Source: Mobula hypostoma (taxonomy: Eukaryota). Taken from it: a stretch of 64,000 nt of DNA. Below the pieces are notes generated by a model. The model saw nothing but the letters and a program-made list of their open reading frames with translations. It ran no database searches and was not told where the DNA came from. The position numbers were made by a program, and so were the translations under genes. Location: the NCBI RefSeq assembly GCF_963921235.1, contig NC_086108.1, positions 34,536,001 to 34,600,000 on the forward strand, written 5' to 3'. Below, piece by piece: positions 1 to 11,350 of this stretch (positions are counted from its first letter, which is position 1; every line of letters begins with the position of its first letter).

Positions 1-548
1 TGTGGCAGTAGAGGAGGCCATGGACTGACATGACAGAGTGGGAATGTGTGGCCACTGGGAAATCCCGCTTTTTGTGGTGGATGGAGCAAAGGTGTTCAAT
101 GAAGCAGTATCCCAATCTATGTTGGGGCTCACCAATATACAGCAGGCCACACCAGGAGCACTGGATAAAATAGAAGGCACCAACAGACTCGCAGGTGAAA
201 TGTCACCTAACCTGGAAGGACTATTTGGGGCCCTGAATGGCAGTGAGGGAAGAGGTATAGGAGCAGGTGTGGCACTTGTTCCATTTGCAAGATAAGTGCC
301 AGGAGAGAGATTAGTGGGGAGGGACGAATGGACAAGGGAGTCGCGTAGGAAGAGATCCCTGCGTAAAGCAGAAAGTGGGAGGGGTGGGGAAAATGTGCTT
401 GGTGGTGGGATCCTGTTGGAAATGGCGGAAATTATGGAGAATTTGTTCTGAACATAGAGGCTTCTGGGGTGGTAGGTGAGGACAAGAGGAACCCTATTCC
501 TGGTGTGGCAGCGGGAGGATACAGTGAGGGCAGATGTGTGCGAAATGG
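1..548 (-). mobile_element. Penelope-like element fragment (GIY-YIG endonuclease region), decayed
   Basis: Reverse complement aligns by eye with the PLE at 23406-23900 (ctcaccaatatacagcaggccacacc = rc of the CGLLYIGE coding segment). Confidence 0.85.
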
Positions 549-674
549 CACGCATATTATCATTTTACCCATCTTTTGCTACTACTTCTGTCGCCACCTG
601 TTATTTTATACCATCTTATTTGCATACCTGTCCTTCGTACTCCTACCCACATTGCCATTTCCATAACACCCTCA

Positions 675-1110
675 GACAAAGGAACAGAAACAGGTCATTT
701 GGCTCTTGGAGTCTGCTCTGCCATTCTGTCATGGCTGATTTATTTTCCCCCTCAGCCCCATTCTTCTTCCCATAACCTTTGATGTCCTCACTAACCAAGA
801 ACCTATCAACCAACACTCGAAATATACCTAATGAGTTGGCCCCCATAGCCATCTGTGGCAATGAATTCCCAAGGTTCACCACCCTATGGCAAAGGAAATT
901 CCTCCTCATCTCGTTCTAAAAGGATGTCCATCTATTCTGAGGCTGTTGCCTCTGGTTCTAGATTCACACGCTCTAGGAAACATCCTCTCCACATCCACTC
1001 TATCTGGCCTTTGAATATTCATTTGGTTTCAATGCGAATCCTACCCCGCCCCCCCGTTTTTTTAAACTCCAGAGAGTATAAACCCAGAGCCATGAAATGT
1101 CCCTCATATG
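675..1110 (-). mobile_element. CR1 LINE 3' fragment
   Basis: ORF 643..909 MRRNFLCHRVVNLGNSLP matches the CR1 ORF2 C-terminus FFxQRVVNLWNSLP; CR1-type 3' UTR follows. Confidence 0.85.
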
Positions 1111-2039
1111 TTTCTCGCTTCCTGAATTTCCTTGTCTCTGTTACTAACAATCTGACAGCTCCAGCTGATGAGTTGAAAATATTATTTCTTTTTATCTGTT
1201 TCTTTCTCTGTAGGTACCGCCTGACTTGCTGAACATTCCCAGTGATTCTAGTTTTCATTTTAATTTACAGCAAGCAAATTTTGGTTTCTGAATGCAACCC
1301 TCTTTCTGTGCTCATATAGAGACTTGGCTCATTAGTTAACTCTGCTAACAGTCACGTGACTCAACCGTCTTTCGTAAACGATATACGACTAGGGTCGGCA
1401 CGACTTAGGGTTCAACCAAGCAGGAAAGTCGTGATGTTCCGATTAAAGGAACCTCAATTTGAGCGAGTGCTGTGTAAATACTGCCCATACGCAGTTATCG
1501 GTAGCCCAGAAACTATGGGCTCATTACGTGGACGAGGCCAGCATTAAATGCTCATCCCCTTGTATCTGTAATTAATTATTCAGTCTCAGTGCTGAGCAGC
1601 ACGTAAATAATTGCTGTATTTTTAAAATGTTTCCAAAAGCTATTAGGCATGCTCAAAACTCTACACATTATCCTGAGAGGAAATGCACATAGGTTGCAGA
1701 ACAATTACAAAATATTACAACTTTGCACATGATTGCTTCGGGGAAGGTGAGGCAAAGTCATCCACTTGATCACGGGTAATTTGCTGGATTTGGTTGTGTG
1801 TTGCGGAGTTGTGTGGAGCTTGGAGACAGTGAACAACTCAGCGCATACATTGAAAGCTTTAAACTCTAAATAGTCTTTGCAGTGAGTGCTTGTACTGTTG
1901 TACTTGAAAACAACACTGGGGCAATCATCGCCTGGTTTTATGAGAGAGTGGGCAGTTTTAAGATGGGCAGCGTCACTGGTGCTCTATCTCCACACGTTCA
2001 ATCCATGAGTGAGTGTGGGTGGTGGCGGAGGTGAGGGTT

Positions 2040-2640
2040 CTTGAAAAGTGAGCAGATTTACAGTATGGCCTGTGCCCAAAGTACAGATTTAATGGGGGAC
2101 AGGATAAGAGAGGCTGGATCCTGTAGAAAGTGTTTCCTTTGTTCTTAAAAATAAGAAGGGTATTAATTCCTTTATCAATGGGACCATGAAGTACAAAAGC
2201 AAGCAGGTTGTGCCTCACCTTTATAAAATGCTGGTTCAATTTCAGTGAAAGTATTATGTTCATTTATTTGGGGAGGATGTCAAAGCTTTGAGAAAAGGGA
2301 CTCATTGGGATGGTATCAGGTTATGAGCAACTTCACATTGGAGAGTCTCCAGCTGTTCTCGTAGAGCAGAAATAAAAGGAGATTGGACAGTCCTGCTGAA
2401 AGTCATGAGTGGTTTTGACTGAGTAAGTAAGGAGAGGCAGCTTTTGGTGGCAAAAGGGCCAAAGACCAGAGGGCACAGGTTAGGACAGTTGGCAACAGGA
2501 ACACCAGAGTGAGTTGAGAGCCTTTTGGTTTCATGTGCACTGAGCTGCTGCAATCCAAAGTGTGCACACAAAAACCAAGCGAAGCAGTTTCAGTTATAAG
2601 ATCCCAAAGAAGTTTGGGTATGTACATATAGAGCAAAATT
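2040..2640 (+). mobile_element. Old CR1 LINE fragment
   Basis: Degenerate YKS..LYKMLV and TRGH-like coding remnants (aagtacaaaagc, tttataaaatgctggtt, accagagggcacagg). Confidence 0.55.
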
Positions 2641-3133
2641 CTCAGATCAATGAGAAAAGGACAGGGCCATAAAATTTGAAAAACTGGCTCTACAAAATGA
2701 CCTTCTGATTTATTTTAGTACAGTTTTTTGCCTCTTACTCATACCAGTGACTCATGACCAACTGTGATACAATCGGAAAAGCCTGGTTATTTGATATTGT
2801 TGAAGTTCAACAATGATCTTAATAGTTACAGTGTAACTAGGCAGAAGCTGAGGTGCTGTTCTGTTGGCATGGGAGGCCACAGAATGGGACGAGGATAGAG
2901 AATTAAAGTAACAGGCCACTGGTCGCTTCAGCTTTTGTCTGTGCAGGGTGGGTTTACTTTCAGAGTGAACTGAGGTGTTCTGCAAAGCAGTCACTCAATC
3001 TGCATCCGATTTCTCTGCTGGAGGCGAGAACACGATGTGAGCACCAAGCGCAATACACAGAATTGGAAGCACAAGTGAATCATTATTTCAGCCAGAAGGA
3101 ATGCTCCAGGTCTGGATGATGGGTAGGCATTAA

Positions 3134-3647
3134 AGGCTGATTTATACTTGCGCGTCAAGCTTGCACCGTAGCCTATGCAAGTGGGCAACGCCGTTGTGAG
3201 CATTTATACTTGTGCGTTGGTGTGTCCGCGTCGCTCTGCAATTCGCACATGTCACGCATGCGTACACACCTGCCCATGCAAGGCTTCATGGTCATGGTAG
3301 TCTTTCTCGGGGTAAACAAGTTTAAAGCGAGCATATTTTTTCGTAAAAGCGAAATGTGTCCTCCATAATTTTGGAGGTCTGTAAAGCTTCATGGAAAGCA
3401 TTGCAGCCAGAGTTCCTTCCCTGCCCTTCAGTCACCCAATGGGAAGCTATTGCAGCGTAGGAGGAAATGCGATGCTACCAAGCAGACCAATCACGGTTGT
3501 TGCGGTCTGCGTTGCCGCGATGCATAGTTACGTTTTGGGAGAGGTGCACATCAAGCTATGGCATAGGGATCCGTGTAGGCTCTGTGCAGGGTTCGTGGCT
3601 ACACCATACCTACGGCGTCGATTTGACGCAGAAGTATAAATTAGCCT
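3134..3647. mobile_element. PIF/Harbinger-type MITE
   Basis: TIRs aggctgatttatacttgcgcgtcaa / ttgacgcagaagtataaattagcct (3 mismatches in 25); TAA target-site duplication at 3131-3133 and 3648-3650. Confidence 0.85.
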
Positions 3648-4221
3648 TAAGAGTCACTACACTTATGGTGGCAAGGGAAAGTGTCATATGAAAGAGAGTT
3701 GTTTGGTGGAAATATTAGTCAGGGGTCACAAAGAGAAGCGTTGCTTGAGAATGCAGGAAGATCTGAAGTTGGAATCTCATTGAAAGGGGCAGAAATGACA
3801 GAGGATGATCTGAATTTGAAAGCTGGTGGGGTGGAACATAAAGAGATACCCTCTTCCCACTTCCTTCCTCACACTGGAAGGAGAAAGGGTTAGATGCAAG
3901 AAATGGAGGGAATCCCATTAACTGTGATAAAGGTTATGGAAAAAGGAAGAAAAAACACTGGCTTCTAAAGTGTCATCAGAGCAGATACAGCAAAATGGAG
4001 AGATTGAGGTGAAATACTCACAGGAAGCATGGCGGGAGGAAGTGTAGTTGAAACAGCCTTGTGGAAATAGTCACCCACTTTACGGCAGTGTAGACATAAA
4101 GAAATAGCAGCTGTCAGATATGGATAAAATGCAAGTGAGAGCAAGGTGGATGTTGGCTACAAAGGTGGTGCTATTTTTGACTTCTGTATAAATGTAGGCA
4201 GGAGTGAGGATGAGAGGGGTA

Positions 4222-4465
4222 AGCTTTTTACTCAGAGACATGGATGCCTGGAATGCACTACTTGATATGGTTGTAGAGGTAAACACGTTACAGTCTTTAA
4301 AGAGACGTTTAGACAGGCACATGAATGTGAGGAAGATGGAGAGATATGGGCATTGAGTTGGTAGGAGGGATTAGTGTTTTGAGAGTTTTCGATTTATTTT
4401 TCAGCTGGTTCTGCACTGCATTGTGGGCCGAATGGTCTGTTTCTGTGCTGGACTGTTCTGTGCTC
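4222..4465 (+). mobile_element. CR1 3' end
   Basis: tttttactcagag..gcctggaatgcact (FTQR..WNAL) and 3' UTR gggccgaatggtctgtttctgtgctg. Confidence 0.8.
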
Positions 4466-5159
4466 TTTGAGGCATCAATATAATAGAGAAAGGGTTGAGA
4501 TGGCTCTGAAATGGGCTGTGAGTATCCCATAAGAAAAAGACAAAGCTGTGATTTCCCTAAGTGCACTTTTGATTCAGGGAAAGTGGGCAGAGTTGAAGTT
4601 GTTATTGTTCAACATGAGAAGCCAGATGAATGAGTACTTATGAGAGGGCCCTTTTGGATCTCTGTTCAAGGAGGAAGCAAAATGCTGTGATTTGGTCCTG
4701 ATGTGAGATTGAAGGAGTGCGTAGATGGATTGGATGTCAGTGGTGAAGTTGAGCCAGAAGCTGGAAATGGGTAGAGGTCATCAGTGGTGTCACAAACATA
4801 AATGGAAAGGAGACACAAAAAACTGGCACAACAAACAAGATGCTATAGGAACTCATTGGGCCGGGCAAGGGAAGTAGACAGTTGCCGTTGCAAGTTGAGA
4901 AGAACTTCGATCTGCAAAATTGCCTACCCATTTCCCTCCCCAGTAGCTATCTAACCTACTGAGTTCCCCCAGCAGTTTGATGTTTGCTGAGGAAATAATC
5001 TCTTGTGCTCCTAGGCCAGATTGAAAAGGTCAGGGTGCCAGGGCCGGAAGTGAGGAATGGGCCAGTTCAGCTCGTTGCTGCACCATCTTTACTCGCCTCT
5101 GTGCTGACCCAAGACCGTGCCCTGTAACTAATGGGCTGCTGAACCTGCTGCAGCTATCC

Positions 5160-5930
5160 AAATCAGGTTTATTATCACTGACATGTGTGGTGAAATTTGT
5201 TAACTTAGCAGCAGCAGTACAATGCAATCCATGATAATATAGAAAGTAAAAAAAAAGTAAATCAAGTACAGTAAGTACATATATGTATATTAAATACTTA
5301 AATTAAGTATAGTCCAAAAACAGAAATAATAAAAGTGAGGTGGTGTTCAAGGGTTCAATGTCTGTTTAGGAAAAGGATGGCAGAGGGGAAGAAGCTGTTG
5401 CTGAGTGTGTGCCTTCAGGCTTCTGTACCTCCTACCTGATGGTTACAGTGAGAAGAGGGCATGTTCTGGGTGATGGGGGTCATTAATAATGGATGCCGCC
5501 TTTCTGAGGCACTGCTCCTTGAAGATGTCATGGATATTGTGGAGGCTAGTACCCATGATAGAGCTGGCTAATTTTACAACTTTCTGCAGCTTCTTTCAGT
5601 CCCGTGCAGTAGCCCCTCCTTCCTCCCCCCATACCAGACAGTGATGCACCCTGTCAGAATGCTGTCCACGGTACATCTTATAGAAGTTTTTGAGTGTTTT
5701 AGGTGACAGACCAAATCTCTTCAAACTCTGAATGAAATATAGCTGCTGTCTTGCCTCCTTTATAACTGCTTTGATATGTGGGACCAGATTAGATCCTCAG
5801 AGATCTTGACACCCAGGAACTTGAAATTGCTCACTCTCTGCATTTCTTATCTCTCTATGAGGATTGGTTTGTGTTCCCTCGTCTCACTCTTCCTGAAGTT
5901 CACAATCAACCCTTTGGTTTTACCGACGTT
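5160..5930 (-). mobile_element. Rex1/Babar-type LINE 3' fragment
   Basis: rc of ITVWYG (ccataccagacagtgatgc) and PSGRRYRSL (ggcttctgtacctcctacctgatgg); related to 29598-30733. Confidence 0.8.
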
Positions 5931-5934
5931 GTTA

Positions 5935-6165
5935 TGACTGGCTTCTGGCTATGGATTCATTTTTGTGAACTTCAGTTCTGAATATTAGTTACCTCCTTTT
6001 ATTGTTCGCATGATTTGTTTTCTCCCCCCTATTCACTGGGTGTTTTTTTCAGTTTTTTTTACAGTGGGTTCTATTGGGTTTCTTTATTTTCTGGCTGCCT
6101 GTAAGGAGATGAATCTCAAGGTTGTATATAGTAAACATACTTTGATAATAAATATACTTTGTATT
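5935..6165 (+). repeat. Unclassified interspersed repeat, 3' part
   Basis: Tail ctgcctgtaag..aatctcaaggttgta..tttgataataaat is shared with 20400-20470. Confidence 0.6.
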
Positions 6166-7489
6166 TCATAATTCTGTAGTAATTTTTAAATAATTATTCA
6201 ACTAATTTGTCTTTTTCACGTGTGGTTATTTGTTGGGTGCTTTGCTGTCAATTTTGCATTCTTCAAAAGCAAAGGATCAAAATTGGAAGTTACTTAAATC
6301 AAGAGGAAAAGGAATAAAATACATTTTTTTTGTTGGGACTAGGACATGAATCAGCATGCTGCTTGTAAGATGAAGAAGAAGACAGAAGAGGAAGTGGGAG
6401 GATAAGAATGGGTTTAATCACTTTTATTAACTGCAAACTGACAGCTTTCCTTTCCAGTTGACTGAGTCTGAGAACTCCCCAACTGCTTCTCTTTTATCTG
6501 TGGCACATTTTCCTTTACAGCATTTGTTTATTTTTCATACTTTACTTTCTTTTCCAAGGTCAAGGCACTGAGGGAGAAAAAGCAAGAGTTAACTATTGAA
6601 TAGCAAACTTCAAATTTGCTGCTCGCTGTCAGGTTGACCGGTTGTATGAATAACGACTTGGTAATGCTTACGCGATGGGTCTCTGTTGGATTGATTATGT
6701 GCAAGTTACGACCGTTATATCATGAATGAGCAAGCAGCAATAGCAAAACAAATGACTGCCATAAAATCTGTCATTGCTGTCGTCAGCCCATTTAATTCAG
6801 AAGAGATGGTGTACAGCACATTTTAAACTGTCCTGAACTAATTCACTGGGCCCAGTGATTATATGTTGGATCCATGCACTGAGTAACTTTAGTGGGTAAA
6901 ATAACATTTTGTATCACAAAGTTGATAGGTTAGGATCCAGTGTTCATTCTAACTTTGAGAGATATTTGGCACATAATGGTGTCGCAGTTTGACATGTGGC
7001 TGTTTGATAATTATGATTATCTTTGTTGTTTAAACCATAAACTGAATGTAAGTCTTGGAATTGCCTCCCAGTTGTAACAAGTTGAGGTGATTTTCACATT
7101 CTGCTTGGTCCTTCCAGAGTGACTACTCACAGTGGGCCTACATTCCAACTGGTCCTTGCAGAGTAAAATGCCTGAAGATGCAAGTTGCTCTGCAAGGACC
7201 TTGTCAAATGTAAATTCAAGAAATGTGCTTTGCTGTGCTGCAGTAGATGTGTATACCACATAATATTATTAACCATTAAGGGATTGAAGTCTGTTTTGTC
7301 CCATAGCTTTCAAGTGAGGTTTGCACCCTGCTGCGCTATGCTGAGCAGACTTTGCCTGATGATGAAACCAATGAAATACGTTCATATTTTTTTCCTCCAT
7401 TAAAGGGTTGCTTAGTTAACAGTGAGATGATGAGTCTGTATTTGCTTTCTTGGAGTCCTGAATATTGAAACTCTTTTCCTCAGAGAGCC

Positions 7490-7660
7490 CTGTTTTGAAG
7501 GTAGTGGTGGATAGGTTTTGATGAGCAAGGGTACGAAAGGTTACCAGGGACGGGTGGGAATATGGAGTTGCAGCTGCAAACAGGTCTTCCGTGATCTTAC
7601 TGAATGTTGGGACGGGTACGAGGGGCCAAGTGGTCTACTCGGGTTCCTAATCTATAAGAT
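7490..7660 (+). mobile_element. Degenerate CR1 3' tail
   Basis: gataggttttgatgagcaaggg..aaaggttac..gggccaagtggtctactc resembles the other CR1 3' ends. Confidence 0.55.
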
Positions 7661-8479
7661 TCTGCTTCTTGTTATTGGTGCTGTGATCCAATAGTCAAAG
7701 TTTGAAATGTTGCTTTGAGCATTAAGCCTAGGTTGATCATAACACCAAGGTGCTGTTTGCTGTATCATACCAACACTGCCTCTCCCTCCCCAACCGCCCC
7801 AGTACAAAATTTGCTTTCTTTCATTCCTGAGAGTCTGTCAGTTTGGAGCTACCAGCTGTGGGATGCAGCAATTTTCCATTGAGTGAGGTTGACGAGGAGT
7901 TAGAAATTGATTGTGGTGGGCAGGTTTCAGTGCAATGCCAAATCACATATCACAACTAGCAGCCTCATGCCCTGCATGTCAACTAACCCAACAAAAATGC
8001 AGATTACTAATGGCTGGGAACGTGCAGTTAGTGCTATGGGAGCTTCTCATTTTGCCTGGGCCTCTAGTTTATGCCAGAGTAGCAGCCTTGTTTACTCCTT
8101 TCTGATGTCTGTGTTCATCACATTAGGTTAAGTGAGGTTTGTTGCATTGTAAAAAATATATATTTCAGGACATTGAATAACACAACACCACAATATATTT
8201 GTCTTTTGTGGACTATAAACCACCTAGATTTATATGATGCTTTTCATGACCTTGATGTCCCTGAAGCACTTTGCCAACTGACAAAGTAGTTTCAAAATGA
8301 ATTTATTCTTGTAATGTAGAGCATTCAATTGTCAATTTGCAGAGCTATCTTCTGTAAATATCATACAGAGAGACTGCACAGAATAGGCCTTTTGGCCTAT
8401 TAAATCAGTGCTGACTATCCAGTGCTCATTTTTACACTGAATCCATCTTCTTCCCCCACATTCCCATCAGAATTTACAC

Positions 8480-8640
8480 CTCATCTAAGCAATAGGGGCA
8501 GTTTCCAGCGGCCATTTAACCTGCTAAATTACACACTTTTTTTGGCAAGTGGAAATAAATCAGGGCACCCAGAGGAAACCCACACAGGCACAAGAAGAAC
8601 ACGCAGGTTCCACGCAGGTAACACTAGGTCAATGGAGCCA
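8480..8640 (-). mobile_element. tRNA-derived V-SINE/HE1-like SINE
   Basis: gggcacccagaggaaacccacacaggcacaagaagaacacgca is the rc of the V-domain-like core also seen at 33710-33770. Confidence 0.6.
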
Positions 8641-8689
8641 TGAGCCAGCATCTCGCCCAGATGCATCACCCGCTGAGGCAAAATGGGTG

Positions 8690-8875
8690 CAGCATCTTTC
8701 TCGGTAGGCGTCCGGCGTTTCTCTCTTCAAACCGTAAGATCTTTTCAACTGATCTGAGAGGACAAATAGTCTCATTTGAAATATGGCATCCTCCACAGTG
8801 CAGCTTAGGGATAAGCAGAGACAATGCAGATGGTGTAGCTCCAGGTTCAGCTCCAAGGTCAATCCTGACTCAGTG
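8690..8875 (-). mobile_element. DeuSINE-like ancient SINE remnant
   Basis: gatcttttcaactgatctgagaggacaaatagtctcatttgaa..ggcatcctccacagtgcagc resembles the Deu domain from memory; similar piece at 21665-21830. Confidence 0.45.
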
Positions 8876-8989
8876 GAGTGTAAGTAAATACAAGTGAGAG
8901 AAAGGGTCACACAGGGAGATAAATAGGGTGGTGGGTTGGATTGCTCTGATCGTTGGCATAGACTCAATGGATTAAATGGCTATCTTTAT

Positions 8990-9225
8990 TGTTGTGTATT
9001 TAATATTTGAATAATATTGTATATATGTTGGTTGATTAAGCATTCTTGTTCATTGAAATAATTCATTATTATTATATGTACAAATACGTGAATTGCATAT
9101 CTCATCAGCCTACTGCAAGATACGTGCTCGCCTCACTTAGAGTAAACACGAAGTTAGACTCACATTTTAGACTCACGTGCCTTCCTTTGAATTAGTTTAA
9201 TGTTTTGAAGTTAAAAAGCATCACA
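8990..9225. mobile_element. Solo LTR-like element
   Basis: TG...CA ends; 5-bp flanks tttat/attat; homologous to 60842-61621 and 53260-53557. Confidence 0.65.
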
Positions 9226-9730
9226 ATTATGTCATAGGATTGATGGGCACTTCTTCAAAAACAGGAAAAAGCCAGAACCACTCATCGGTCGTGCAGCATT
9301 GGTAGCGGGGGAAGCAGAGTTAATGTTTCTGCTTGAACTATCATCAATTTGAAGCAGTCTTTGAATAAGGTGGAGGTAGATTGATTCTTGATGCTTAGGA
9401 AGGTCAGTGGCAACAGGCGGGATTTCAGAATTGAGATTACAATTAGGTCAGCTATGGTCTCATCGAATGGCACAGCATTATTGAGAGGCTGTGCAGCCTA
9501 CACCCGTTTTGGATTGGTATATTTGTACAAAACCTGATTAAAGTGAAACTGACACCTGCAATCTCATGACTAATGACAGTGATAGTAGTGCTTGGTTGAC
9601 ATTGTAACGAGGATTTTTAAAGCAGATTGAAGTTTATTTTAAATATTGGAAATAAAATACTCAATATTGGGAGTGCTATTTAATATATCACGCACAATAA
9701 ATTGTGCGAAAGGTGAGTAACAGGCAAAGA

Positions 9731-9852
9731 TGACGAGAACTGCAGATGCTGGAAATTCAAGTAACACACACAAAATGCTGGTGGAACGCAGCAGGCCAGG
9801 CAGCATCTATAGGAGGAAGTAGAGTCGACGTTTCAGGCCGAGACCCTTCGAC
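9731..9852 (-). mobile_element. Truncated PLE 3' terminal fragment with 11-bp TSD
   Basis: acaggcaaaga duplicated at 9720-9730 and 9853-9863; the insert matches the PLE end at 15149-15240. Confidence 0.8.
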
Positions 9853-10029
9853 ACAGGCAAAGACCTGGATAGATGATGAACTTTATGATTCAAGTAATAA
9901 GCGGGAAGGATTTTTTAAACAAATGTTTTAATGAAATATCAATAAGCTAATTATTTGTAGTGCAAAGTGTTGCTGTACTGAGGGACTGATTAGGGTTATG
10001 CAGGTAGTTTTAAGAACCAAAAGATTGAA

Positions 10030-11350
10030 AGGAAATAGCTGTTCTTGATTCTGGTAGTGTGGGGCTTCAGGTTTCTGTACCTATCTCCTAATGGTCGCTG
10101 TGAGAAGATGGTGGGAATCTTTGATGGATATTGCCGCCTTGAGGCAGTGCCTCATTGATACTTTTGATGGTGGGGAGGGAGATGTGTGTATGACCTATTG
10201 GGCAAAGCCCACTATTCTCTGCATTGTCTTGTGTTTCTGCACATTCAAACTGTCATACCAGACCACAATGCAACCAGTCAGGATGTTTCAGCAAATTTAA
10301 ATATGGCATTGGAGCTATGCTTAGCCTCACAGTCATAAATATAAAGCAAATTGAGCAGGGGGCTAAGCACACAGCCTTGTGGTTCACCTGTGCTGATGGA
10401 GATAGTAGAGGAGATGTTGTTGCCAATCAAAAGTGAGGAAATTGAGCATTCATTTGCACAAGGATGTTTTGAGGCCAAGATCTTGGAGCTCATTGATTAG
10501 TTTTGAGGGGATGGTGGTGTTGAATGCCAAGCTGTAGCTGATAAAGAGTATCCATCAATGTATGCATCTTTGCTGTCCAGATGTTCCAGGATTGAGTGAA
10601 GAGCTGATGAAATGACATCTGCTGTTGACCTGTTGCTCCAGTAGGCAAATTGGATCTGATCAGGCAGGAGTTGATGTGTCTCGTCAACAACCCCTCGAAA
10701 CACTTTGTCTCTGTAGATGACAGTCGTTGAGGCAGGTTCCCACATCCTTCTTAGGCGCTGGTATAATTGAACCTTCCTTAAAGCAGGTGGTACATCAGAT
10801 TGCTGAAGCAAGAGGTTAAGGTTATCTGTAAATGCACCAGACAATTGATCTTTAGTACTTGGCCAGATATCTGTCTGGGTTTGATTCGTTTCGTGGATTC
10901 ACCCTCATGAAGGACGCTCTCACGTTGGCATCAGAGACTGTAATCACAGGATCATTGGGAGTTCTTGAAGGTTCCTCTGTGTTTTGACGATCAAAGCAAG
11001 CATCAAAGACATTGAGCTCATCTGGGAGCGAGGCCTTGAGGCCTTTTTGTCACGTATGTCGCTTTGTATCATTTTGTAGGAGGTTGATTACATTCAAGCC
11101 CTGCTGCAGCTGCTCAGCATCATTCAGTGATTCAAGATTGGTCTGAAATTGCTATTTTGCTTGTGAGATAGCTTTCTGGAGATTGTACCGAGACCTCTTG
11201 TATTTTACTTGGTGCAGACTTGAATGCCACTGATTTGGCCCTCAGCAGATTGTGGATCACATTTTTCATCCATCTGTAGGTTCGTCATGGATCAGTACAT
11301 CTGTAGAAGCTTGCTAGAGTGTTTGGTGACATGCCAAACCTCAACCTTCA
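10030..11350 (-). mobile_element. Rex1/Babar-type LINE RT fragment
   Basis: ORFs with QFAYWSNRSTADVISSALHSILEHLD and [19 protein letters not shown] (RT motifs). Confidence 0.85.

Larger units (their letters stand above)
2860..4800 (-). mobile_element. Old Penelope-like element (GIY-YIG and RT remnants), interrupted by a MITE and a CR1 tail
   Basis: 2860-3130 resembles the reverse complement of the PLE endonuclease region; 3960-4200 and 4480-4800 look like degenerate PLE RT remnants. Confidence 0.5.

Noticed and set aside
1166..1180. CTGATGAgttGAAA hammerhead-like core
   Set aside because: No stem II or stem I; at best a decayed PLE end.
1385..1412. TTAGGG motifs as telomerase template or pistol-ribozyme loop
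   Set aside because: Single TTAGGG only, no CTAACCCTAA template, and no downstream CCCTAAGCG pseudoknot partner.
6616..6740. Retron msr-msd-like layout (flanking inverted repeats plus long stem)
   Set aside because: Eukaryotic context with no adjacent retron-type RT; kept only as a generic hairpin finding.
9691..9719. cgcacaat/attgtgcg palindrome followed by a strong donor-like AG|GTGAGT
   Set aside because: Upstream sequence is AT-rich with no convincing acceptor or coding frame; likely chance.
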